NCBI GenBank assembly: GCA_964016885.1
Contig: OZ024745.1
Location: 14,570,001 to 14,634,000 of the forward strand
DNA: 64,000 bases
Direction of reading: 5' to 3'
From: Eledone cirrhosa
Lineage: Eukaryota
The notes beneath the pieces are model-generated. The model saw only the letters and a program-made list of their open reading frames with translations. It did not search any database and was not told the DNA's origin. The translations under genes were made by a program, and so were the position numbers. Of this stretch, positions 25,258 to 38,944 are shown one piece after another (the first letter of the stretch is position 1; the number at the start of each line of letters is the position of its first letter).

Positions 25258-25620
25258 GATGATGGCCGAATGGTCAAAGAGTTCACTTTGCAATCATAAG
25301 GATCATAGTTCAATCCCACTGCATAGTTTCATCCCCTGGTTCGATACCACAGCATGGCATCTTGGGCCGATATTTACCCCAGACTCGGGTCAACCTAATA
25401 CTTGTGAATGACAATGGCCAAAAGAAACTGTTTGGAGTTTTGTTGAATAGATTGTAGTTATAAACCACACTCCCAGCATTGTCACACACTCTGTCTTGTC
25501 GAATATTCCTAAGTATTATGTACAGATTACACGAGCCTGTGAAATATTCATTGTACGTCACTTTCAGAATCAGACAGCCCTGTGAATCGGACAGTTGTAG
25601 CATGCATCGTCAAAACCGAT
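25258..25620 (+). mobile_element. tRNA-derived SINE, second family
   Basis: A box TGGCCGAATGG and B box GTTCAATCCC/GGTTCGATACC. A related reverse-strand copy lies at about 33090-33340. Confidence 0.6.
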
Positions 25621-27889
25621 GTAGTTACATTCCAGGAAAGGTTTAAAAAAAGTTGTTAGAGACATGAACACCATGAGTTCAACGGAATCATCATCTACGT
25701 TACTCATAATAATGTTATAGGTATTGCGGTGGTTGAGAAAAAACATTTCTTCTTCATACTCTTATGATAAAATTCAAAATACGTCCGTTTGTATTCGCTA
25801 CTTGAAAGCAGAAATGACGTTGTAAATAGCCAGTAAATCATAAACTTCATTTGACGGAGACCCTCTCCGTAAATGTTTTAATTTATTATGCTAGGATATA
25901 TCCATGATAGTCCTCATGCTATAAAATCTAGAAGCTTTTTACATTTACCAGGTTGAAGGTGCACCAATATCAGACAAAGTTGGTGAAAGCTTTGTAGTTT
26001 TTTAATATTTGACATGGTGTGTCATGTACCACAATAGTTAAGATGAAACGTCCAAGGTAAGTTGAAAGGAAAATAAATGAAACAAAACGATTATAAACTG
26101 ATGTTAATATATCATGTTTGATTGCTTTTTTCTTTCGTTATCTTATGGACACTGTTAATAACACTGTCATATTCTGTCACATTTGGCATTATTTCAACTT
26201 TCATTATGAGAAATCATTCACAATTCTAGATGTCACTTTGTTATTCTCTCTTCCTCACACATTGTCTAATTTCTCTTTAAATTTTATTTCTATTTCTTTT
26301 ATTTATTAACGCCTTTCATCTTGTTATTGAGCTTTCACTCTATCAAGTAATATATTTCATTCACCACCGATATTTGTGCCATTGTACAGGAAGTGGAGTG
26401 GTGTTAGAATGAACAGTTCATTGATGTTTTTTGCCTGTTTTCTTCATCCGTTGAGTCCTTTACTTTCCTTTGTCTTTCTCCAGCAATTTGTTTAGGAATA
26501 TCTTATTTGAATATCCACCACTTCAAACCATTCATCACTGTATATTATACAAAATAAACCCCGTCGTTTAGCAATAAAAATTAGCAGAAACTTATCAAAT
26601 ATCGCTGTCTGATGAACATTCGGGATGTTTGGGCTTTCTTTTCTGTCTTGTATAAGGTTTCTGAGAAACAAACATAGATGCTCACATAAAAAGTGATTTT
26701 TATCGAAAAATTAAAATGCATTTCAAGATTAACTCCAATTTGGAGCTAAATCATGTAATACTTATTTTATACTCATCTGCAGAATAATCCACGTGTTTAT
26801 GAAATATTCATGGGAAAGATAAAATATCAATAATAGGGGTTTGATTATATCAACATACTGATGTAAAGTTTATATAAATATTCATTAGGTTCAACATATT
26901 ATCTTCACATTCACCACAGACGATGATCAAAAGGTTTCAATGAATATCAATAATGTTATCAAAACTTTACACTTCACATAAAACAAGGAACATTTCTCTG
27001 TTGACCGCCGCATCAAAGCTATTTTGTTAAAGCTTGTTTTGATGTTACCATGTAAATGTTACAATCAAATATTTCTAATATAACAAAAAATCATGGTTTG
27101 CAAAGAACCTTCCCCTCACCAACACGGAAACCCTTACTTACATCCCCTCTTTTATTTCTTCTCCGCCAACATCGCCACCATTATGGAGACAGCAGAGACC
27201 TTTAGGACAAAACAGCTAAATATTAATATAAATCTGTTAAAACTTAATTCTATTCAAATGTTGACATTTATTGAAGGTCACTTTCACAATTAAATGTCAA
27301 ACCTGATTTCTACTTGTTGTTCCACTCTCTATTGTGATTAGGAGTCGAAGGAAATGTGGGTACGATCTACATTAGATCTATTGATACTCATACTGAAATG
27401 TTCCAAATGAGATACTTGAATACATATTTTTGAACAAATAGATGCACATTTGCAAACAGCTATCGTTTTCCACAATTCCATTAGGCTTCCTGTAATAGCT
27501 GCCCGCTTCTTAAAAATTGACTTATTTAGGAAATATAAGCTAATTTTTTACTTATTGATTACAACAATGCGTTAGAGAAAGAAGTTTTATAAAGTTTGCT
27601 TCTTAACCAAGCGCCGGCAGCAACAAAATGAACAGAAACTACAATATCGCTGGTTTAACAATTCCTTCCGTTTATATATGAATTTAGAGAGATACTTCTA
27701 AGCACCACTTAAAAATGCATCAACCAATGAATACAAGCACAACCAAATACCACAAACATAAATTATTTAACACAAACAACGTCAAGGTCTGTTACAGCTG
27801 TATGGAAAATCTCGGCATCACAATAATGAGTAACTATTTTGATAAAAGGGAATGAAACTCATTGAGGAAGGAGTGTCAACATAAGGAGG

Positions 27890-28215
27890 AAGGGAAACCT
27901 AAAGAATGTAGGGAAAAATTAGTTTACGTGTGCTGTGAGGTGAGTATGTTTGGAAAATACCAGAAAGGGAGTGTGTGATTTCTGGAGACTGGTTGTAAAT
28001 CATGTGCGGTGGAATGGACTGTTCTACAAGGAAATGGCGACTGTAGCATGGTTGTAAGAGTGAATAAAGGAGAGGGAGATCGATGAGACGGAACGGAAGA
28101 AAGGAAGGCATTAGTGAATAGTAAAAATGCGGGAGGAGGAAGGTGTCGTTCAAAACATAAGTTGTATGTAAGCATTTACTTCATCAATTTAAACATCCGT
28201 ATAGAACTAGTACGC
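27890..28215 (-). mobile_element. Possible decayed CR1/L2-type LINE 3' end
   Basis: Only weak resemblance of the reverse-strand translation (MLTYNL..HLPPP..., SRHFLVEQSIP) to CR1 C-termini. Confidence 0.3.
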
Positions 28216-28688
28216 CATGGTAAACTAGCAGAAATATCTAGTACTTGTTACACTTTAGAATAAAAAAACACAAACAAGATTTACAAAGATAAGTGAATAT
28301 AAAAAATAAGATTAAAATAAAATAAAAATGAAAATAAAATAAAATAAAGAAAAACATTTAAAAAGGGAAAGCCAAATGGAAGGAAAATAAGCATGAAAAA
28401 AAATAAAGAAAAAATGGGAAACAAGGGAAACTAAAACAGGAGGTTCTGTTGAATTGTTTCGTAATTTCCATGTACTCAAGGATTTGATCACATCTGGGAC
28501 AAGGGGAAACGTTGGAAGGCGCATACTGAATCAACGATGTAGATCAACTTGATTCAAGCAACTCGCAGATTTTGAGGTCGACAGACGGGAGTATCATGAT
28601 CAGGATTAGGGGTAAACGTGTAATGTGTGCCGGGCCTTCACCTGATATTCGTAGTGAAAGTGTCCATCATATATATATATATACATAC

Positions 28689-28764
<76 letters not shown>

Positions 28765-29393
28765 GGAGGCTTAGTAAAATCGAATCTTTGGCGGTGTGCA
28801 AGCAAATTCGGCCTACTATATGAATGAGTTACCAAAGCGCTCAACAAGGTAGGTCCTTAGAGTAATAACATACGTTTAAATAGCTTGACAAATTGAACAT
28901 TGTGGTAGGCAAAATCTAATACACAATATACCAAAGTAACGAAAGAACTAACAGGTTGAAATAATACACCTGGACAAATCAAACGTTATACGTTTAAAGT
29001 GTTTCTATGAATCCGAAATCAAATATCAGACTTATGTAACTGGCAAGCTCGTGGTAATCATGATCGAGGACTCAATTCATCAACAGGAATTTCGTTCTAC
29101 CAAAGAACGGGGCGAGATACTAAATGTTGCAGCTAGCAGCAACGAATCGAACATTTAGTTGTCACGTGTTTCCAACAAGGGAAACAACCCCCAGTTTTTG
29201 GCGGGTCATTCAAAGTGTTAGACAAAGGAAATATTATAATTTCCGCTAACATTCAGAATAAGCTCTCGACCAGATGTTATTAAACAAGCACAAATAATTA
29301 ATCAATCAACAGAATTGAATTAAATCAATGTCTAATTAAATTAATTAGTTAATTATTAAATCTAGGAGAAAATAATATAATTGTATATATATA

Positions 29394-29544
29394 TATATGA
29401 AAAACGTAAAATATGAAAATTATAATTAGCTTACTTACTTATTTAAGTTAGTAAACTAATTACTGTAATTTTCTTGTTTTACGTTTTTCATATAATTGTT
29501 CTGCATCCCCTTGCATTGAACCACAAAGTTACTAAGACAAAACC
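29394..29544. mobile_element. Small fold-back insertion in (TA)n with an asymmetric tail
   Basis: Arms tatatgaaaaacgtaaaa / ttttacgtttttcatata, tail 29495-29544, TA runs on both sides. Confidence 0.65.
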
Positions 29545-29592
29545 TATATATTTGCTTGCATCTGTATATATATGTTGGTAGATATACTAATT

Positions 29593-29636
<44 letters not shown>

Positions 29637-29640
<4 letters not shown>

Positions 29641-29856
29641 TTATTAAAATAACAGATTAATGTTTAAGCAAAGAATCGATGCTTTCACCCTTAACGGGAT
29701 CTTCTGAAGATCCCGTTAAGGGTGAAAGCAGCAATTCTTTGCTTAAACTTTAATCTGTTATTTTAATAAATATTTACTCTAGGGTTATTATATATTTGAT
29801 ATATATTTATCCTTATTGAGCCCTCTTTAGATTTTAGTCTTCACATTTATTATTAT

Positions 29857-29860
<4 letters not shown>
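29637..29860. mobile_element. Palindromic PLE pLTR insertion in (TA)n, with hammerhead motif and tail
   Basis: Near-perfect palindrome 29637-29773 centred on T29705. CUGAAGA 29704-29710, stem II ccc/ggg, GAAA 29724-29727. Tail 29774-29860. Confidence 0.8.
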
Positions 29861-29927
<67 letters not shown>

Positions 29928-29930
<3 letters not shown>

Positions 29931-30620
29931 TGGTGGTTGTCCATCATAAACGATGATGAAATCTTCTTTATTGTTGTTCCCGTCTGCCGTGGGCACGAAG
30001 GTGGCTGTGGAGGCCGATCCTTGACTTGCAGGTCCGAGGTCCGAGAGGTTACCTCCACCTGTTACCTCCACCTCTCGCCCATCGCCGCAGGGCTTTGGTA
30101 GTGCACGCTAAAGAAGAAACCTGTGCGGAAAAGGTTTATAGTGGGAGGGCCAGTGCACAGTTACGGTCCCACTCACTCGGCCGCAGAAGCCAGAATCTGG
30201 TGGTACCGAGTACCGTCACGACCAGGGACTTCCTTGGCTGCAGTGGATGGTCACGACATCTGTAGTGCCTTGCCGTGCCCTAGCGCTCCACACCGCTTGC
30301 CGTCGCCGCCTTTGTGACCGTTGGGACGATGTTGTCCTCCTCCACTCACTCCGCCTGGTCCAGTCTTCGCATGCAGGGGCAGGAATATCCTATCTAACTC
30401 ACCAGGGGTTTCAGACCCGTCCAGCTACCCTCAACCTAGTTCGGCTCGCCAACCAAGGCAGTTTACCGGGGTGTGGCCGTTGTCGCATGCTACAGCTTCT
30501 TGGGGCCACAGGTGAGAGCTGAGTATCAGGTGGGACCCAATGCAGGACGAGCTGTCCTGAAAAGGGCATGGCTAGCCCTCCCTACAGAGGTACATGCTCC
30601 ACCCTGACACCCCAGGCATA
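29928..30620 (-). mobile_element. GC-rich non-autonomous RTE-like derivative (structured 5' region + RTE-type 3' end)
   Basis: 3' end catcgtttatgatggacaaccacc followed by (TA)n resembles the other RTE 3' ends. The upstream motif aactcataagagtcaacgtccatccaaaa (reverse of 30671-30702) is shared with the elements at 16696, 39095 and 45256. Confidence 0.55.
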
Positions 30621-30699
30621 TACACACGCATATACATACATATGTACATGTGTATATACATATTTACACATTTTTGGATGGACGTTGACTCTTATGAGT

Positions 30700-30754
<55 letters not shown>

Positions 30755-30755
<1 letters not shown>

Positions 30756-30917
30756 CGAAGGAAATGTGGTAAGGAACCAGGTGGACCATAACGCACCAAA
30801 GTACTCAATACTTGGGGTAGTAGAGTAGGTAATAGGAACCAGTAAGACCCCGACGGCTGAGCTCAAGCCGTTTCGAAACGGCTTGAGCTCAGCCGTCGGG
30901 GTCTTACTGGTTCCTAT
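30755..30917. mobile_element. Perfect 86-bp palindrome (30832-30917) plus tail, in (TA)n; 3' half of a hammerhead
   Basis: Centre tttc|gaaa. Each arm reads GAAAC-ggct-tgagctc-agcc-GUC-ggggtc. Confidence 0.8.
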
Positions 30918-31817
30918 ATATATATATATATATATTGTATGTGAGTGTGCATGTGTGTGTGTATGAGTGTGTTCGAGCGCGCGCGCGTGTATGTGTGTTT
31001 GTGAGCGTATATGTGCATACGTGTGAGTCTATGCATATATATATATCAAATGATGCAGCAGACTGAAAATCTTATTAACTGAAGGATGCTTATATATAAA
31101 ATATATCCATTTGAATTACACGATAGCTTCTTCCATCACAGTCCTCTTTCTAGATTTGTATTTTATATAATCGTATAACAATTCTTTGGGACTAGTTTAA
31201 TATATATCTGATGGATAATATCTGGTTAGAAGGATTGTTTCCAATCAACACACACACATACACACACACATACAGACACTTATACAGCCACAGACATACA
31301 GACACACACACATATATACACATACACACGCATACACACAGACACAGACATACAAACACACACACATACACATACATACACACACACATACATATACACC
31401 TACACACACATACACACGCACATACACACACGCACGTACACATACAGACACAAACGCACATACAGACATACACACAAACACACATACAGACACAGACACA
31501 TACATACATACACACACACATACACATAGACGCACACATACGCATACACACACATACACACGCACCCACACACACACACAGAAACATACATACATACACA
31601 CATACACACATAAACACACACGCACACACACGCGCACACGCACACACACACGGGCACACACACAAAGACGCACATACAGACATAGACACATACACACACA
31701 CACATTTATATATAACACAAAGAACATTTGGCAAGAAGAAAAGAAGTAGTTACTGACGGATAGAATGTACTCAATACCTGGCTCCTTCTCTGTCACACGC
31801 TCTCACTAACCTCCGCC

Positions 31818-31900
<83 letters not shown>

Positions 31901-32032
31901 CATGTGTGTGTTTGTGCGTGTGCATGTGCAGGTGTTTGTGTGTAATAATCAGCACTTAGATTTTACCCTCACAAATACAGAAAAAAGTAAACTCGACCCG
32001 AATCAGAATTGAGCAAATCTATATATTTTAAT

Positions 32033-32268
32033 AATTGTTTCTACTTTTGGCACAAGGCCAGCAATTATATCAGTGTATTACTGGTACTTTATTTTATCGA
32101 CCCCGTAAGGATGAAAGGCAAAGTTATCCTCAGCGGGATTTGAACTCAAACTATAAAGGGCCGTAACTCTATGCTGCAAAGCATGGCGTCCGACCCTCTA
32201 CCGATACTGCCAATCCACCGCCCTAACATGGCGTCCGACCCTCTACCGATACTGCCAATCGAACGCCC
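32033..32268 (-). mobile_element. tRNA-derived SINE with a duplicated head
   Basis: Full reverse copy at 32033-32223. catggcgtccgaccctctaccgatactgccaatc is repeated at 32227-32260. Confidence 0.88.
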
Positions 32269-32307
32269 TATGTATTTTAATAATATTTATTATTACATAG
32301 AAGGGTG

Positions 32308-32478
32308 AGGGCGGTGGATTGCAGAATGGCTTGCAGCATCTATTCCGGTTCTTCACGTCCTCAGATCAAATCCCGCGAAGATCCTTTCGGGGTCGACAAA
32401 ATAAAGTACCAGTCACGTACTGGGCTCGGTAAAATGACATTTCCCCTACCCACAAATTGTTGGCCTCGTGCCTAAGTC
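32308..32478 (+). mobile_element. tRNA-derived SINE, internally deleted
   Basis: ggcggtggattg ... caaatcccgc ... tcctttcggggtcgacaaaataaagtaccag. Confidence 0.75.
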
Positions 32479-33477
32479 TTGCATGAATTAATTGCAACTC
32501 TTCTTATTAATAACTACATTGTTTTTTTCCAGAGACTATGTTGAAAGATACCCCTCATTTGGTCATTCCATGAGAGTATCTTGGTCAGCGTATAAACTTT
32601 CCAACTGGCCCTCGTACAGTGTTGGCTAAAATCTATAGATATATGTTGCAGTACACCGTAGTATTTAATGTCGGTTTGTTTCTATCATCAAAATTGAATA
32701 ACGTGGTTTATTCTATAAATCTTTTTTCTAAATTATTCCTGATTACACAAACTGTTATATGTTCACTCGAATACAAGAGATTACTTTTCTTGATTCCTAG
32801 ATTTAGGTCACTTGAGAGAATTTAGTTTCCCTTGAGATATTTACGAATAAATCACAACGTTTTAAACTTAACGTTGTTTAATGTAGATTAAATTGAATCA
32901 ATGTGAAATCACTATTTCGTACGATGGAAAGGTATTTACTGCAGTAGATGTAGACTTCTGTTGGGTGAAACGCCAATTTTATTGTTGGGTAAAAAATAAC
33001 GAAAGCTAATAGGATTTCGCTGATAGTTACACGCCATATACTAAAGGAATCTAAAACAAAGGTATATTTATTGGACCTCCGTCGGTTTCGAAGATCAGTT
33101 GATCAACTGAACAGTCTGCCCGTGAAATTAACGAGCACATAGTTGAGCGTCCCACTGATGCATGTACCCTTAACGAACTTCAGCGTAACAAAGTATGTGA
33201 TACGGCTGGTCTTTTTAATTACAGCTACACTTATTGTTTTCCATCTGAAACAGTGTATTACTTAAGGACATGTCGGAAATCGAACTCATTGATCGGATCT
33301 TAAGTTGTAAGCCAAAGTCCTAACCATTAAGCCAAGCACCTTCACTATGTCAACGCTAATATACACAAGAAGACACCCATCCCGCTATCTTATGGACTTA
33401 TGTTATAAGTCTCGGGCAAGTAACGTTATTTTGTTTTCATGTTAGATATAGAGGAAAGAGCTTATTATATGATTTTG

Positions 33478-33668
33478 AGGGCGGTGGATTGGCAGTATCG
33501 GTAGAGGGTGGGACGTATTGTTTACAGCATAGAGTTACGGCCCTTTACGGTCTGAGTTCAAATTCCGCTGAGCTTAACTTTGCCTTTCATCCTTACGGGG
33601 TCGATAAAATAAAGTACAAGTAATGTACTGGGGTAATTGCTGGCCTTGTGCCAAAAGTAGAAACAATT
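33478..33668 (+). mobile_element. tRNA-derived SINE with 13-bp target-site duplication
   Basis: Near-consensus copy flanked by attatatgatttt on both sides. Confidence 0.9.
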
Positions 33669-34344
33669 ATATGATTTTCAATATCCCTCTTCACAGTTTT
33701 TATCAAGATACAATCCTCAAAATCTATAAAGCATATTTCATATTATAACAAACTTGAAACGCAGCAAAGAATTATATTTAGAACAATAGCATTTTCTGAA
33801 GAAAGAACAAAAAGAATAACAACAAATTCTGCTTAGATATGTTCAAAACTAAACAAGAAACAGAGAAGGCAGTATTTTCAATAAATATTATTTCAGTACT
33901 TTAGTATTGATAAAACCAGAGAATTTTGCTGTTTTCTGCAATACTTTTGATGTAATTCAATGCTGTGTAATAGTAGATAGATAGATACACCTTCCAGGTA
34001 AGCACAATTTCTTTTATCTTTCTTTCCTAAAATAACTATAAACAGCTCTAATCCTTTTAATAGGAGTTCGACAGTTTTCGTGTTTATATCGGAAATATTT
34101 ATTCTATATGACATGCTGTCAGTTTCTCTAACGTTTTTATGTAAAAAAGATTTTTATCACCATTAACGACATGTTTATTTTAAATCTGAATATTTCCAAA
34201 TTTCCTTAATCTGGAATTTAATCATCTATTCCGTTTTTTTTTTGTTCAGTGGTTTTCATAAACGTGTTAATATCAAACTACATAAAAATTCCTAATTTGC
34301 AATTTCTAGGCATGTTGCCATATTACTTATGTGGATACAGTTAT

Positions 34345-34627
34345 GTATGTTCTGGTTTTATAATTTCACAAATTTTTGGCAATAGAGAGAGAGTCGGTTT
34401 CTAACATAGACACAAGACTCTCTCATTGGAATTTACACAACATCAACTAGGTAAATATGTATGCATGTCTGCATGTGTAGATATGGATGTTATTGTATGT
34501 GTGGATGTGGATGTTGTATGTGTGCATGTGTATATGCTTAGTATCTGTAGTTGTGTATATGCAGTTATTAGATGCAACATTTTTGGAATGTTTTACATAT
34601 TTTTACTGTTCCATTAATGGATTGTAC

Positions 34628-34658
<31 letters not shown>

Positions 34659-34870
34659 TGTATGTATGTATGTATGTATGTATGTATGTATGCATGCTGT
34701 ATCTATACATGTGTATGTGCAGTTATTACATGCTGAATTTCTGAAATGTTTTCCATATCTTTACTCTTCCACTAACGGACTGTACTTACAATTTCCTAAC
34801 AAGCTGTACTCTTTTTGGTTCTATGAAGCCTAGCTTATCAGGATGTGTACTAAGGCAGTTAGTAATATAT
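34345..34870 (-). mobile_element. Two short 3' fragments of the R4/Dong-like family, separated by (TATG)n
   Basis: 34345-34628 matches the 3' end at 13113-13400. 34695-34870 is a more diverged RLE C-terminus. Confidence 0.8.
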
Positions 34871-35056
34871 CAAAGACCCCTACAGGGATTAGTCGAGTGC
34901 AAGGCCTTTCACCACTTTAAACACCTTCAAAGCACACGCATTGCTTGTTCAGGATATGTTACAGGTTCGTTAGGCTGGCCGTACCCTAAAGATGCACTAT
35001 TTTCTGTAATTTGACAAGCGATTGCAATACTCTTAGCAGAGTTTGCAGCCACCATA

Positions 35057-38000
35057 TATGTTTTTTCTTTCTCTTAATTTCGAGTATATTTTTTTGACCG
35101 GCCACCTTCCTGGTGGCAAGGTTGTAAAAGAAAAGAAATTGTCATCCCTTGAATCGCAAGAATGTTTTGCAAATTTTGAAGGTGCCAGCTATCGCAGCCA
35201 TTTGTAGACTATGAATTAGGGAGCTGCGCTTTTTGTCCGCAAATCCAAGTTCAGTCATACTTTGGTCCAAGCGGGTTGGTATATAACCCGTAGCACCAAT
35301 AATGATGGGTATGAAGCTAAAGGTGTATCTTGGATACTGGATTTGTAAACTCCTCATCAATGGTCCGTAGATGTCCTCCTTCTCCTGTATTTTTCTGACA
35401 ACGTTTACATCAAGTGGGCAGCTGATCTCCACAACAGAACACGTTTTCAATGTGTGGTCCCAAACTACAATATCAGGCCGGTTGTGCTTTAATTTGGTGG
35501 CAGTTTTTATTTTCAGGTTCCACCAGTATTCCTTAGTGCCATCTGTCTCAATATATTCTTCCTCGTTTGTTGTTAATTTTGTTTTCCGAAGTGCGTTCCA
35601 GATGGTTCTAGCTATCCCATCGTGTCTCATGGGGGAGGTAGTAGCGAGATGACATTCTTTCGCAGCTGGCAACAATGTGGCTTACATCCTCGATCTTTGT
35701 TTTACATAGCCTACATTTATTTTCAGCTGCTGGCCCTCCTCTTTTGTGCAGCAGATATTTGGTAGGGAGTTCTTGTTCCTGTATTGCATAGAGATATCCC
35801 TCAAGGTGTGATGTCATAAACTTGTCGGAACTCCATGCCAGGCTTTTTGAGTGGTTTATCCCCTCTATGGTCTGTGTTTTACGCCTCAAGTATCCATGCA
35901 CAACTTTTTCTGTAAATTGGTCAATTTTTTTAATCTTGTTTGAACATTGAATAGGATCTTCCGATTTCTCTGGGTGAGAGATTTATATCAGGCTTTATTC
36001 CATATCTCTCCTCCAGATCAGTCGCTATTCTAATGATATTTCTTTTTTCATGGTCATAAACCTGGGCAAGATGGTTGCCAACCTTTTTCCTCTGTTGAAG
36101 GTGTTGCTTCAGTGTTACTATCCGGGTCTTATATGTTGTTAATATTGATTTTAGACCCCGGCCACCTTCCTTGCGTGAGAAGTATAGCCTATCCACATCA
36201 CCATTGATGTTAAAGTTCCCAGTAACACTGAGAAGTTTTCGAGTTCTAACATCCATCTCACTTAGTTCTTTCAATGACCAGTTCAGTAGGCCAAATGTTG
36301 GCGTTAGAATTGGCACAGCATAAGTATTGTGGGAAATGTATTTGTTGTATGCTGACAGTTCTGATGACCATATTTTCTTTACTCTTCTGAGGTATTCAGT
36401 TCTGGTTCTCTCCTTATTTATGGGTCCATCATATCTGACATTCTCATCCTGTCCAAGATATCTGTAGTTGTCACCTGACTGCAGAGGTTGTATTGTCAGG
36501 CCGTTCATCTCTAGATTTCTAGAGGAGGGCACAGCTCTTCCACGTTTTACTGCCAAATATGCACACTTGGACTCACCAAATTTCATTTTGATGTCGGTTG
36601 AAAATTGTGTAATGAGGTCCAATTGTTTCTTGATGTCATTGATATTTGGCCCATACAACTTCAGGTCATCAACAAAGAAAATATGGGAGATACTTCTGGG
36701 CCCACTTCTTTGTCCACCTTGTTTCCTGAGTAGGTAAGATAGTGGATTCAGTGAGAGAACGAAGAGTAGCACTGACAAGCTATCACCCTGAAAGATGCCC
36801 TTCTGGTAATGTATCTTATCAGTCTTAACCTGCTCCTTCTCACCTCTAAGGATCAAACTGGTGTACCAGTTCTTGGTCAGGCGTTCAACAGCAGCTACCA
36901 ATGGTTGTGGGACTTTAGCTAACTGTAAAGCCTTAACAATCCACCCATGAGGTACACTATCAAATGCTTTTTGATAGTCCAGCCACACGACAGTCATGTT
37001 TCTGCGATTCTTTGTTGTTTTTTCCTGAATCATTTTGTTAGTTAGTAGGTGATCTATGCAACCCCACACCTCCCTCTTTCCACCAGCTTGCTCAGGTGTT
37101 ATGATGTTGTTGGTAGCACAGTGATCCTGTAAGAACAGGTTAAGGCACCCAGTATATAATTTATACATGATGTTTTGGCAGGCAATTGGGCGGTAATTTT
37201 TAGCAAGGGTGGATTGGCTATTTTGGGGAATGAGGAGAGTAGAGGCAGTTGATAACCATCTGGGCAGTTCTTGTGTGCCCTTAATGGTTTCTGTAAACAG
37301 CCGTATGAGATCTTGCCGATAGAAAGTGAAATTCTTCAACCAGTATCCTGTAATGAGGTCTGGGCCTGGCGATTTCCTATTCGACATTTTCTGTAGAGCT
37401 GTTTCCAGTATTGACCCATCTATGTCATATTGTTTTGTCTGGACATGTTGGCAGTAGTCCTGTTCCAGTTCTTTTAGCCAATTAGCTTGTCTGTTGAATC
37501 CGTCATCCGTTTCCCATACAGATCTCCAGTAGCTCTCAACCTGTTCTTTTGAAGGGGTGTCATTTACAGAGATTGAGCTTTAGCCACCGAAGCTGCGATA
37601 AACTGATTTAGGATCTCTGGAAAACAATCTATTTAGCACTTGTCGTTTATGTGCTGTTGACTTATATTTCAGTCTTTCTGTTGTAGCTGTGAGTTGTTGT
37701 TTCAACTGGTGTAATTTGGAGTTTTAAATTTTGTATCTCCAAATCGTCTCTCTAACTTTTTCTTTAGGTCTTCCTGGTGTCGTGTGAAGTTGCTCTCTAT
37801 GTTGCATTTCATAACGACTGCGATGTGTGAGATACTTCGTCTCAGGGACAAAATTTTGGATTTTAAATTTCGCATCCAGGCTGGTTCAGGCTTTCTGCTT
37901 GTATCTTGATTGCGTCGTTTTAGATGTGTGTTATATGCTAGCAATGTGACAGCTGAAACATATAACAAAACATTAAGCGTTTCAAATGTCGTTTCTACAC

Positions 38001-38845
38001 CTTTAGATCGTATAGCCTTCAGATAACTGCCAGCTATTTCGTTCACCGCTTCCAATTCCAATTTAGTGGGTTCTTTACTGACTCTAGTGTTGTATGGTCT
38101 GTCACTCACATTAAGGTTGTGTATCTCTTGAAACATATCGTTCCATATCACTTGTAGGGAGCCCACAAGTTTTTGGTGCTCTGTTTGTTCAGTAGAGTCA
38201 TGAATTTCAGCCTCGTTGTTGATGTGGTGACAATTACTACTAGAGTCAGCTGACCTTTCTCGCTGTTCTTCAGTGGAAGTGGGATGGATTTCAGCAAAAT
38301 TGTTGGTGAGCTGTTCACTGTTAGATTTAGCTGGCCATTCTCTCTGTCTGTCAGTGGAGGTGGGGTGGTTGTCTACAAGGGCTGTATTTGTAGTATCACT
38401 CAATTCCGTTAGATGTATCAATTTACATCTAATGATACGTTTTGCCTGTTCATTTAAATGCTTTGGAGAAAAGTCTAATTCTGGGTGTTTGGAGTTCCAT
38501 AAAGTTTTTAGCCTTTGCATAAAACCGAACTTTTGGGGTTCAGATTGTTTGTATGCTTCATATAATACTTTGTTAAGCTCGTAGCTCCACTGTGTACTAC
38601 GGTTGTAATTGCGATTTGGTCGAAGGAGACTTGTACTTTTTGCCATGATGAGTTCGTCTATTCACTAATATTTCGTATTTATTTTTCAAAATAGTCGATG
38701 ATCTTCTTTAAAAGTTACGACAAAGTTCTGTCAGAATCAAATTTAAAGTTATTCACAGCTTGGGTAATATTTCTTTTCAGTTAGTTTTTAATTCTACAAC
38801 TGTGTTTTAAACGTTGTTCTTGAATCGTTTGAATCGAGAACAAAA
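35057..38845 (-). mobile_element. Near full-length R4/Dong-like non-LTR retrotransposon (RT + CCHC + RLE), disrupted
   Basis: Consecutive ORFs 37702-38646, 35930-37387, 35608-35901 and 35142-35675 carry KSPGPD, NYRPIAC, DYQKAFDSVPH, GIFQGDSLS, FFVDD, YRYLG, CRLC..SHIVASC, RHD and RPDIVVWD..VEISCP. The 5' end abuts (TATG)n at 38846-38944. Confidence 0.93.
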
Positions 38846-38944
38846 ATGTATGTATGTATGTATGTATGTATGTATGTATGTATGTATGTATGTATGTATG
38901 TATGTATGTATGTATGTATGTATGTATGTATGTATGTATGTATG

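Noticed and set aside
25900-27700. Coding-like stretches that might be host exons or DNA transposase remnants (also 41500-42960 and 49200-49520)
   Set aside because: No recognisable motifs or open frames of useful length, and splice structure cannot be supported without RNA data.
28860-29295. Possible decayed GIY-YIG (PLE) coding remnant
   Set aside because: No continuous frame and too degenerate to support by eye. It needs a translated homology search.
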